Positions 17,111 through 24,747 of a stretch of 64,000 nt of DNA are shown piece by piece (the first letter of the stretch is position 1; each line of letters starts with the position of its first letter). The notes beneath the pieces are model-generated. The model was not told where the DNA came from and searched no databases. It saw only the letters and a program-made list of their open reading frames with translations. The stretch lies in IMG/VR virus record IMGVR_UViG_3300047300_000657, positions 3,929-67,928 of that record; one strand, 5' to 3'. This stretch comes from a virus. The position numbers and the translations under genes are program-made.

Positions 17111-17524
17111 CTACTTGATTTTAATTGTCTTTGGCTTTTTTTCTTCTGGAATATCGTATTTAAGGACAACCTTTAAAATACCATTTTCCATATTTGCAGA
17201 ATCGACATACATGTGCTCATCAAGTCCAAATTGCCTTACAAATTTTCTTGCAGCAATACCCTTGTGAACATAATTTGATTCATTAACAACGTCTTCCTTG
17301 ACGCCCTCAATGATTAATTTACCATCTTCTTCAGTCACATGAATTTGATCTTTTTCAAACCCTGCAACTGCTAACTCAACAAGAAAAGTTTCCTCGTCAA
17401 GCCTAATTGTGTTGTATGGCGGATATGTATCTGTTGTAGTCGAATGTGCTAATCTAGACATTAGCTGATCTGCATTAATAAAAAATGGATCTCTAAATAG
17501 ATCCATAGCAAATGATGTTACCAT
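17111..17524 (-). CDS. hsp20: small heat-shock protein Hsp20 (IbpA-like)
   Basis: YPPYN, ELAVAGF, HKGIAARKF.R.F, ENGIL. Confidence 0.95.
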   Translation of the reverse strand: MVTSFAMDLFRDPFFINADQLMSRLAHSTTTDTYPPYNTIRLDEETFLVELAVAGFEKDQIHVTEEDGKLIIEGVKEDVVNESNYVHKGIAARKFVRQFGLDEHMYVDSANMENGILKVVLKYDIPEEKKPKTIKIK

Positions 17525-17580
17525 TTTATTCCTCCTTTAAGCGAATAAATTAATTTACGGGCCCCGTACGGCAACCCACA
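17525..17580 (-). promoter_or_regulatory. ROSE-like RNA thermometer in the hsp20 5' UTR
   Basis: TTTATTCGCTT pairs with AAGGAGGAATAAA; UCGCU opposite the SD; preceded by a 5' hairpin. Confidence 0.6.
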
Positions 17581-17609
17581 TATATTATACACCCAACAGG
17601 CAAAGCCTG

Positions 17610-18224
17610 TCAATTAATTAAATCTAAAATTAAAGTGGCTCTTGGTTCTAGGGTGACCACCTTATGAATCAATCCTGACGGCAAATATATGACATCCCCT
17701 GGATTTAAAATATAAGATTCATATTCATTTACAAGATGGTCTAAAGGCTCACCAAACTTTCCCTCAATACCGACACTGTTATATATTCTATATTCAACCT
17801 TACCAACGCACTGCCAAGACACCACATCGTGATCGTCCTTGTGAGCAGCGTACTCATACTCGTTTCTGTTCCCTACAAAATTCATTAATGCTTTTATATG
17901 CCAACGCTGATCTTTTATTAAATTATAAACCATTTCTAACAATTGTTTTGTCTGAGGAAATAGGTTGTTCTTCATATCAGATGTAACTGCACTATGATAT
18001 TGCGGATCTAGTTTTCCAGTAAATGCTATATCTGTTTGATAGGGACCATTTTTTACAAATACATCAACTTTTGGATTGTTCTCTTTATTTGGATTATTGT
18101 ATTTATGGTTAAGTCCATTTATAAAATCTTCCCACCCTGGTACATCTGGTATGGAATTTTTCATATATATACATGAAATATTTTTTTCAGCATCCTTAAA
18201 ATCATTTAGAGGTATAGCTATCAT
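17610..18224 (-). CDS. JmjC/cupin-family Fe(II)/2OG oxygenase
   Basis: HKDDHDV..WQ..G...; L.PGD.IYLP.G..H.V. Confidence 0.85.
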   Translation of the reverse strand: MIAIPLNDFKDAEKNISCIYMKNSIPDVPGWEDFINGLNHKYNNPNKENNPKVDVFVKNGPYQTDIAFTGKLDPQYHSAVTSDMKNNLFPQTKQLLEMVYNLIKDQRWHIKALMNFVGNRNEYEYAAHKDDHDVVSWQCVGKVEYRIYNSVGIEGKFGEPLDHLVNEYESYILNPGDVIYLPSGLIHKVVTLEPRATLILDLIN

Positions 18225-18631
18225 TTATTTTCGCTGCTTTTTCTTGCCTTGACTAAGATTGTAAAATCTTTTACCTTTGTGTCACCCATATAAGACCATG
18301 CGTATCCATGTTCAATCATCATTTCGTTAATTGATTTTTCAGAACCATCCAGGTAAATCCAGCCCAGTATTCTTCCGTATTTTTCTGTAGAGTCTGGCAA
18401 TTCTGTTTTAATCAAAATTTCTTTGGCGTCTTGAATATTCTTTTTTAAATATTCTTTTGACTCTAGCCCTAAAGTTTTTTCAAATTTATCGGATGTTCTT
18501 GATTCTGGAGTATCAATTCCCGCAAGCCTTACTCTTTTTGACAAAGATATATCAAAACCTAAATCGATATCAACATCTATCGTGTCTCCATCCACAACTT
18601 TTAAAAATTTTTTAACTCTGTATTCGTACAT
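18221..18631 (-). CDS. thermonuclease (SNase-like)
   Basis: VDGDTID, RVRLAGIDTPE, KYGRILG. Confidence 0.92.
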   Translation of the reverse strand: MYEYRVKKFLKVVDGDTIDVDIDLGFDISLSKRVRLAGIDTPESRTSDKFEKTLGLESKEYLKKNIQDAKEILIKTELPDSTEKYGRILGWIYLDGSEKSINEMMIEHGYAWSYMGDTKVKDFTILVKARKSSENK

Positions 18632-18639
18632 TTTTCATC

Positions 18640-19692
18640 CTATATTCTACTATTTGACTCTACCATGGATTGCGGTGAGACTTTTATAAATCTTGCATCT
18701 CTACGTAGAGACATTAGGTCTTCTGATCCGCAATAAGACATACCGCTTTTTATATTATTTATGAGCTGCTGTATAGAATCTTTTACAGAGCCTTTACTTT
18801 TTATTACAGCTTCAGCTCCTTCTATATGCAGCCTGTCTGCTGGAACATTTGCACCTTCTATAGTTTGAATACCACGAGAAGCCAGTCCTCTGAATATCAA
18901 ATTTCCATCTTTATCTTTTTCACATTCATCATGACCTGCAAAAAAATTACCCATCATGATAGCGCTTGCTCCAGCTGCAAGGGCTTTGACGGCATCCCCA
19001 TTATTTTTTATTCCTCCGTCTGACACTATTCCATTTATTGAATATTCTTTTACTCTTTCATATATATCAATTACTGAGGATAAAACTGGTTGTCCAAACC
19101 CAGTAACAACTCTGGTTGTACAAGCAGCTCCGCCACCAATACCTACACGCACAGAATCTGCACCAGCATCCATGAGGTCCCTGTATGCTTCAAAAGAAGA
19201 AACGTTTCCTGACATTATGTGTATGCTAGAAGGACAAATACCCCTAAGATCTTTTACTGCAGATATTGCGGTATCTGTATGTCCAAATGCGGTATCTATT
19301 AGGATTATCTTAACGCCAATAGAAACAATTTTATTTATTAGATCCGCATCTGACGCTTCATTATTACTTATAGAAAATCCTACACGGTTGTGATATGGAT
19401 TGTTTCGCATTTGATACTCAAGTTGCTCAATTCTTTTTTCTAATGGCATAAACCTATGAATAAATGCAACTCCACCTGCTTCTGTTACTTCTTCAATCAT
19501 TTTATTACTATTAATAAATTCCATTGGTGCGGTCATAAAAGCATTATATAATTCTATAACACCGTCTGGATTATTTGGGTTACCCAATAAACTTTTAATA
19601 GTTATATTTGATCTACTTTTTATGTTTGATCTAGATGGAAGCAGCAGAATGTCATCAAAACATACGTTGCTGACTGTAGTGTCTAGCTGCAT
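18640..19692 (-). CDS. guaB: IMP dehydrogenase / GMP reductase family
   Basis: FDDILL.P, ID.A.GH, VGIGGGAACTTR, SDGGI...GD..KALAAGA, SGMSY.G. Confidence 0.88.
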   Translation of the reverse strand: MQLDTTVSNVCFDDILLLPSRSNIKSRSNITIKSLLGNPNNPDGVIELYNAFMTAPMEFINSNKMIEEVTEAGGVAFIHRFMPLEKRIEQLEYQMRNNPYHNRVGFSISNNEASDADLINKIVSIGVKIILIDTAFGHTDTAISAVKDLRGICPSSIHIMSGNVSSFEAYRDLMDAGADSVRVGIGGGAACTTRVVTGFGQPVLSSVIDIYERVKEYSINGIVSDGGIKNNGDAVKALAAGASAIMMGNFFAGHDECEKDKDGNLIFRGLASRGIQTIEGANVPADRLHIEGAEAVIKSKGSVKDSIQQLINNIKSGMSYCGSEDLMSLRRDARFIKVSPQSMVESNSRI

Positions 19693-19695
19693 GAA

Positions 19696-20175
19696 TTAAT
19701 CCTTTAATGATTTCCATGGGTTTGGTGGTAGCTTTAGGCTTGATTGCAAGAACCAATCCCACTCTTGATGCTGTCCAAGTCTATTTGATAAAAATTGAAC
19801 AAGCCCATGCTCTCTATGTACAATTGCTTGCTCTACTAAAATCTTAATATCTTCAATAATTCTTTGATTAATTGGAACAAGATGTTGAGCCATTTCTACT
19901 CCACAGTATGTAGCAGGCTTTACATTTCCCAATGTTTGATTAGCAGTAAACTCTTCTAGAGTATACGGAGCTTCTCCATTTAATCTTCTTAGCCATACAG
20001 AAACCTCGTGTACAGCATTTTCTGCATCCTTATAGATTTCTTCATATATAATTCTTGACTGTCTCATTAAGACAGACTCTGTATTCCAGTGGAATCCGTG
20101 CACTAGGTGTGCGAACACTACTGAGTTTGCTTGAAATTCCTGTAGCGATTTTATTAGTTCTTTTTGTTTTACCAT
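19696..20175 (-). CDS. dps: Dps/ferritin-like protein, degenerate ferroxidase site
   Basis: HGFHWN present; later canonical H/D/E ligands substituted. Confidence 0.75.
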   Translation of the reverse strand: MVKQKELIKSLQEFQANSVVFAHLVHGFHWNTESVLMRQSRIIYEEIYKDAENAVHEVSVWLRRLNGEAPYTLEEFTANQTLGNVKPATYCGVEMAQHLVPINQRIIEDIKILVEQAIVHREHGLVQFLSNRLGQHQEWDWFLQSSLKLPPNPWKSLKD

Positions 20176-20978
20176 TGTCTTGTTTCTCCCCATGTCTTTT
20201 GTTTTCCAAACATACCGTCTAACCTTCTTTGATTTTGTACAAAACCTCCAGTTACGGCGTGAGCTAATTTAAATAGATCTGGTATCAAAAGGTCTCCCTT
20301 CTGCCAGCGGTGCACTTTTCTAAATTCAGTATCTTCCCAAACTATTTTAGTTACCTTAACATTTAGCTCTATAAATCTTTTATTATCTTCCTCTGATGGC
20401 TCTCTACCATCAAATTCAACCAAGCGAATTGGAAGATACCCGCCTAGATGTGTTCGTAAGGTTTTTTCATTTGTAATCCAATGCCTCTTTACATAATCAA
20501 ATCTTACATTACTACCATCTTTTTTTATACCTTCAACTCTACATTTATCTAAAAAATCTGTTTCATTTTTATCTAAGCGATTATATAGGTCTGCCATATC
20601 ATAAAAACATGTATTGCCCGTGTCGTAATCGCAATCAAACTGAGTCATATTCCATGTGGAACCGTAAAAAGAATCATTCTCGTACTCTACCCACTCTACA
20701 TGCCAGCCCAACATCCATTCATCTTTTGTTGCAATTGTTGGACCCTTCATGTGCTTGTGATGGTCTTCAATATAATCAGATTTTGATGTATCTTTTGAGT
20801 TAGGATACCATCCTAGTAGGTCTCCAAAAATATGCATTATATCTTGCTGCATTGCAAAATCAGCATGAACATTTCTAAATGCAATTATTTTTTCATCTAA
20901 AAATTTTTGCTTATAATAATTAAGATTGTTTTTTATAGAGTCCATTCCTGGGAACTCAATGACCTCAACCTCTTGCAT
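20169..20978 (-). CDS. TauD/TfdA-family dioxygenase
   Basis: WHVE, GNT.F.DM..LY, H.W..GDLLI.D....H...R. Confidence 0.8.
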   Translation of the reverse strand: MQEVEVIEFPGMDSIKNNLNYYKQKFLDEKIIAFRNVHADFAMQQDIMHIFGDLLGWYPNSKDTSKSDYIEDHHKHMKGPTIATKDEWMLGWHVEWVEYENDSFYGSTWNMTQFDCDYDTGNTCFYDMADLYNRLDKNETDFLDKCRVEGIKKDGSNVRFDYVKRHWITNEKTLRTHLGGYLPIRLVEFDGREPSEEDNKRFIELNVKVTKIVWEDTEFRKVHRWQKGDLLIPDLFKLAHAVTGGFVQNQRRLDGMFGKQKTWGETRQW

Positions 20979-20989
20979 ATTTTTCCGTT

Positions 20990-21439
20990 CTAGTTAATTG
21001 TTTGTTTTAAGCTTGCTTTAAGCCACCACTGCCATTTTTTATGGCTATCTTGTCTTTCAGAAATAAAATTAGCTAGGCCTTGATCGCCTGCTTGTGTCGC
21101 TGCATTGAATAATGTTGCTAGGTCATTCAGCATTATTTCATTTGCATCAAATAAAATTTTTGTCATTGATATTGGAGAATTGCTTGGCGTTAAAGTTTCT
21201 CCCATTGTTTGATTTACAATGAGCTGACTTAGTGTATATGGTGCCTGAGCATCAAATTTTCTTATCCATTCAGATATTGTATCTATTGTTCCATCAATAT
21301 CTTCATAAATTTTGCCAAAGAAATCGTGGTACTGTGTAAACAATGGGCCCTCTACGTTCCAGTGAAACCCATGTGCTGCACTAGCCATCACAAAGGAGTT
21401 GGCCTGCCATCTTTTTAGCAAATTTATTAATTGTTCCAT
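20990..21439 (-). CDS. dps: Dps DNA-protection / ferritin-like protein
   Basis: HGFHWNVEG..F..YH.FF..IY......D...E.IR; HKK..W.L. Confidence 0.9.
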   Translation of the reverse strand: MEQLINLLKRWQANSFVMASAAHGFHWNVEGPLFTQYHDFFGKIYEDIDGTIDTISEWIRKFDAQAPYTLSQLIVNQTMGETLTPSNSPISMTKILFDANEIMLNDLATLFNAATQAGDQGLANFISERQDSHKKWQWWLKASLKQTIN

Positions 21440-21463
21440 TATTCTAGTATACCATTTCTATTA

Positions 21464-22126
21464 TTAAACTGTTGGGTCTGTTGCGGTTGTTTTAGGCATC
21501 ATGATTCCTTCTGCCCATTGCTTTCTTAAATCTTCTTGAGCCCCATAAACTGATTCCTTTTGAGCCTGTAAATCTTCATCATAAACAGAGTCTGCAAAAT
21601 CAAAAGAGCACATCATTGTATATCTGTCTCCTCCAAGGATTTCGGTGACAGCATGTACGTTATCGATACCTACTCCAAAAACTACAACATTACCCTTGGT
21701 TGGTTTGATCCCTATCTTATGATCTCTAAAAGTTAATTTGCCACCGTCGTAACTATCATTTAAATATACTATGGCAACAAGTTTATTTTCTTTCCATGCA
21801 TTTGGTGTGCCATCAAGCTCTGCATTATCAGCATGATCTGCTGCCCATGCACCAGGGGTCCATTTATGTGTACTTAGCGTTAAAGGTTTTAGTTTTTTCC
21901 CAAATACTTCTTCTGCAAGCTTATGCATTTTATCTTTAGCCTGAAAAACTAATTCTTTGCCTTTACCTTCATTTGATTTTTGTCCAGAGATTGTGTACAT
22001 GCCTGGAAAACAGGAGAGCATCCAGTCGTCTAAACTATTCCAATATGATACAAAATTATCACATTCTTCTTGAGTAAAGACGGCTGAATACTCAACCACA
22101 TCTTCTTTATGTATTATTTTTTCCAT
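21464..22126 (-). CDS. 2OG-Fe(II) oxygenase (prolyl-4-hydroxylase-like)
   Basis: HAD...YLND.Y.GG.L.F...HAV.....G.RYT. Confidence 0.88.
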   Translation of the reverse strand: MEKIIHKEDVVEYSAVFTQEECDNFVSYWNSLDDWMLSCFPGMYTISGQKSNEGKGKELVFQAKDKMHKLAEEVFGKKLKPLTLSTHKWTPGAWAADHADNAELDGTPNAWKENKLVAIVYLNDSYDGGKLTFRDHKIGIKPTKGNVVVFGVGIDNVHAVTEILGGDRYTMMCSFDFADSVYDEDLQAQKESVYGAQEDLRKQWAEGIMMPKTTATDPTV

Positions 22127-22141
22127 AATACAATTATACCA

Positions 22142-22654
22142 TCACGCTGATAGGATCTTGGACAAAGCGTTAATGGTTGCTGCAATTCTGCCGATATCTC
22201 TTAATTGTTCTACAGAATATCCCTCTTCTTTTAGGGTTTCATAATGCGCTTTAACGCAAAAATGGCACTTACCAATAATGGATGAGGCTAAACAATAAGC
22301 CTCAAATTTTGCTTTTGTTGTTCCACCATGTGAGGCTATGGCATTCATTCTAAGCTGTGCAGGCAAACCTTTAAGGTTTGCATCGTCTGCCATTTCAAGG
22401 AATGGGTACCAAATATTATTTTGAGCCATGATAGATCCAGCTGTCAGGGCTGCATTTTTTTCAACCTCATCTGATGCATTTGCTACAATAAATGTTAAAA
22501 GTTTAGAATTTCCTGTAGCAAATGCTGCTGCAATTGAAAGATAAGTGGCATGCTCTGGATCAATAGTTGATCTATTAATTACTGCATCAAGATTCAACTT
22601 AATATCTTTAGCATATTCTGGAAGAGAATCCTTAAGCTGGTCTACCCATGACAT
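22142..22654 (-). CDS. ahpD: alkyl hydroperoxide reductase AhpD
   Basis: LPEYAKD.KLNL; MA.NN..Y; CHFCV..H; coupled to ahpC. Confidence 0.92.
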   Translation of the reverse strand: MSWVDQLKDSLPEYAKDIKLNLDAVINRSTIDPEHATYLSIAAAFATGNSKLLTFIVANASDEVEKNAALTAGSIMAQNNIWYPFLEMADDANLKGLPAQLRMNAIASHGGTTKAKFEAYCLASSIIGKCHFCVKAHYETLKEEGYSVEQLRDIGRIAATINALSKILSA

Positions 22655-23229
22655 TACAGTGTTTCCCCGCCCAAAGGTCTATTGCAGGCACAAAGTTCTC
22701 CTGTTTGAAGAGCATCTAAAACTCGCAGTGCTTCTTCTGGATTTCGTCCGACATCAAGGTTGTTTACAGTAACGTGTTGAATAATATTGTTTGGATCAAC
22801 AATAAATGTAGCACGTAAAGCAACTCCTTGAGGAGTAATAATACCTAGCTGGTCAGCAAGTCCAGATAAAGATCTGTCATTTTCTTCATCGTAAGACCAT
22901 CCACGAATTTGATCAGCAAACATCCATGAGTTTGTTTTCTTCAAATCTTCGTGTGCGTTTCTCCATGCAATCTTACAAAATTCATTATCAGTTGATCCTG
23001 TTAGAAGTACTGCATCTCTGTCTTCAAAATCTTTTGCAAGCTTATCGTACGCAACAATTTCTGTTGGGCATACAAATGTAAAGTCCTTTGGATAGTAAAC
23101 AATTACTTTCCACTTTCCAGGGAATGAGTTTTCTGTTAATGTTTCAAAAACATCATCAGAAGAATCAAGTCTCCCTGGTTTTACTCCGACGACAGCAAAG
23201 CCGTCAATCTTATCTCCGATTGTCTTCAT
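22654..23229 (-). CDS. ahpC: peroxiredoxin AhpC
   Basis: YPKDFTFVCPTE, RATFIVDP, GRN..E.LR.LDALQ..ELCAC. Confidence 0.95.
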   Translation of the reverse strand: MKTIGDKIDGFAVVGVKPGRLDSSDDVFETLTENSFPGKWKVIVYYPKDFTFVCPTEIVAYDKLAKDFEDRDAVLLTGSTDNEFCKIAWRNAHEDLKKTNSWMFADQIRGWSYDEENDRSLSGLADQLGIITPQGVALRATFIVDPNNIIQHVTVNNLDVGRNPEEALRVLDALQTGELCACNRPLGGETL

Positions 23230-23268
23230 TTATTCTCCGTTGTTAAGAACTATATACACATATAGTTG

Positions 23269-23340
23269 TAGCCCTACAGGGAATTGAACCCTGCTTTACA
23301 GGTTGAAAACCTGTTGTCCTGACCACTAGACGATAGGGCC
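23269..23340 (-). tRNA. tRNA-Glu(TTC)
   Basis: cloverleaf; ACAGG-TTTTCAA-CCTGT. Confidence 0.9.
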
Positions 23341-23350
23341 ATAAGTATTA

Positions 23351-23379
23351 ATTTTACTATTTTAAAATATGATTGTCAA
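23351..23379 (-). promoter_or_regulatory. promoter for tRNA-Glu and ahpC
   Basis: TTGACA-17 nt-TAAAAT. Confidence 0.65.
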
Positions 23380-23456
23380 TGGTGCTCCATGTAAGACTTG
23401 AACTTACAACATCCAGATTCTAAGTCTGGCGCCTCTACCAATTGGACTAATGGAGC
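23380..23456 (-). tRNA. tRNA-Leu(TAG), short variable loop, encoded CCA
   Basis: CCAGA-CTTAGAA-TCTGG. Confidence 0.88.
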
Positions 23457-23460
23457 CTTG

Positions 23461-23531
23461 CTCTTCCCCCTGGATTCGAACCAAGATTGCCTGAGCCAAA
23501 ATCAGGAGTCCTACCGTTGGACGAAGGAAGA
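23461..23531 (-). tRNA. tRNA-Gln(TTG)
   Basis: CCTGA-TTTTGGC-TCAGG. Confidence 0.88.
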
Positions 23532-23532
23532 A

Positions 23533-23623
23533 TGGCGGAAGGTGGGAGAGTCGAACTCCCAAGGGCTTTAACACCTCGACTGTTTTCAAGACAGCTGCCG
23601 TCGCCAATCGGACTTGACCTTCC
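23533..23623 (-). tRNA. tRNA-Ser(TGA), encoded CCA
   Basis: GCTGT-CTTGAAA-ACAGT; long variable arm. Confidence 0.9.
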
Positions 23624-23627
23624 TTAG

Positions 23628-23707
23628 TGCCACACCTTGGGATCGAACCAAGCATGTCTTAGACGACGGATTTACAGTCCGCTGCCCCACCCTGGGGCTT
23701 GTGTGAC
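23628..23707 (-). tRNA. tRNA-Tyr(GTA)
   Basis: GCGGA-CTGTAAA-TCCGT; variable arm. Confidence 0.88.
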
Positions 23708-23709
23708 GG

Positions 23710-23780
23710 GGTGACCTGTGGGAATTGAACCCACACGTGCTGGACCACAACCAGCCGCTCTACCATTGAGCTAAGGCCAC
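23710..23780 (-). tRNA. tRNA-His(GTG), no encoded G-1
   Basis: GCTGG-TTGTGGT-CCAGC; C73. Confidence 0.9.
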
Positions 23781-23782
23781 GG

Positions 23783-23855
23783 TGGAAACAGTAGGAATCG
23801 AACCTACGACATTCTGTGTGTAAGACAGACGCTCTACTCTCTGAGCTATGCTTCC
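23783..23855 (-). tRNA. tRNA-Val(TAC)
   Basis: TCTGT-CTTACAC-ACAGA. Confidence 0.9.
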
Positions 23856-23859
23856 TGAG

Positions 23860-23932
23860 TCTGATTAGAAGGACTTGAACCTTCGGCCTCCTGCTCCCAA
23901 AGCAGGCGTTCTACCAACTGAACTATAACCAG
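23860..23932 (-). tRNA. tRNA-Pro(TGG)
   Basis: CCTGC-TTTGGGA-GCAGG. Confidence 0.9.
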
Positions 23933-23933
23933 G

Positions 23934-24005
23934 CGAAGACGGTAGGAATCGAACCCACTCCAGGAGGTTTGGAAGCTCCTGTGCTAACCATTACACTACG
24001 TCGAC
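23934..24005 (-). tRNA. tRNA-Trp(CCA) with acceptor- and anticodon-stem mismatches
   Basis: GGAGC-TTCCAAA-CCTCC; G73. Confidence 0.75.
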
Positions 24006-24006
24006 G

Positions 24007-24079
24007 AGCCCAATATCAGATTCGAACTGATGACCCTCCGCTTACAAGGCGGATGCTCTAGCCACTGAGCTAATCGGGC
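24007..24079 (-). tRNA. tRNA-Thr(TGT)
   Basis: TCCGC-CTTGTAA-GCGGA. Confidence 0.9.
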
Positions 24080-24096
24080 GGTGATCTTACGATCAG

Positions 24097-24168
24097 TGGG
24101 AAATCTAGGAATCGAACCTAGTACTTATGTTCTTCAGACATACGCTTTACCTTTTAAGCTAATATCCC
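24097..24168 (-). tRNA. tRNA-Phe(GAA)
   Basis: TATGT-CTGAAGA-ACATA. Confidence 0.87.
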
Positions 24169-24169
24169 G

Positions 24170-24243
24170 TAGAGATAAATGGATTTGAACCATTGACCTT
24201 CTGTGTATCAGACAGATGCTCTAACCAACTGAGCTATACCTCT
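24170..24243 (-). tRNA. tRNA-Ile(GAT)
   Basis: TCTGT-CTGATAC-ACAGA. Confidence 0.9.
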
Positions 24244-24244
24244 G

Positions 24245-24318
24245 CACCCAAAACAGGATTCGAACCTGTGACCCTCTCGTTCGTAGCGAGATGCTCTATT
24301 CCGCTGAGCTACATGGGT
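24245..24318 (-). tRNA. tRNA-Arg(ACG)
   Basis: TCTCG-CTACGAA-CGAGA. Confidence 0.88.
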
Positions 24319-24320
24319 AT

Positions 24321-24359
24321 AAACAAAAATCGGGCTAAATTTTTCAATTTGCCCGATTT
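24321..24359 (-). terminator. intrinsic terminator (attenuator) immediately 5' of tRNA-Arg(ACG)
   Basis: AAATCGGGC-loop-GCCCGATTT followed by TTGTTT. Confidence 0.75.
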
Positions 24360-24382
24360 GGTTTTATATATATAAAACTATT

Positions 24383-24475
24383 TCAGACAACACTTCCAAT
24401 AAACCAGACTGTTGACGGTAGCACAAAATGCCCACGTTGAGATGTGGTCTGATATGATCGAAGTGTTGCTTTCAT
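24383..24475 (-). CDS. 30-aa leaderless leader peptide of the distal tRNA block (not in ORF track)
   Basis: MKATLRSYQTTSQRGHFVLPSTVWFIGSVV; ATG 7 nt after the -10 box. Confidence 0.65.
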   Translation of the reverse strand: MKATLRSYQTTSQRGHFVLPSTVWFIGSVV

Positions 24476-24482
24476 AGTGTAT

Positions 24483-24511
24483 ATACTACCATTTCTTTTT
24501 TATATGTGCAA
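24483..24511 (-). promoter_or_regulatory. promoter of leader peptide / distal tRNA block
   Basis: TTGCAC-17 nt-TAGTAT with extended TGG. Confidence 0.65.
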
Positions 24512-24512
24512 G

Positions 24513-24596
24513 CGGAAGATACAGGATTCGAACCTGTGCTCCTTTCGGATTGCCTCTTTAGCAAAGAGGTGAGTTAGGCCACTGCTCTAATCTTCC
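24513..24596 (-). tRNA. tRNA-Ser(GCT)
   Basis: CCTCT-TTGCTAA-AGAGG; long variable arm. Confidence 0.88.
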
Positions 24597-24597
24597 G

Positions 24598-24672
24598 AAG
24601 CGGAGGTGGGATTTGAACCCACGACCTAAAGCTTATGAGGCTTCCGAGCTAACCAAACTGCTCTACTCCGCA
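24598..24672 (-). tRNA. tRNA-Met(CAT), initiator-like
   Basis: T1.T72 mismatch, A11-T24, GAAGC-CTCATAA-GCTTT. Confidence 0.8.
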
Positions 24673-24673
24673 G

Positions 24674-24747
24674 CGATCCATATCGGACTTGAACCGACGG
24701 CCTCTACCGTGACAGGGTAGCGCTCTAACCAACTGAGCTAATGGACC
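24674..24747 (-). tRNA. tRNA-Asp(GTC)
   Basis: CTACC-CTGTCAC-GGTAG. Confidence 0.92.
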
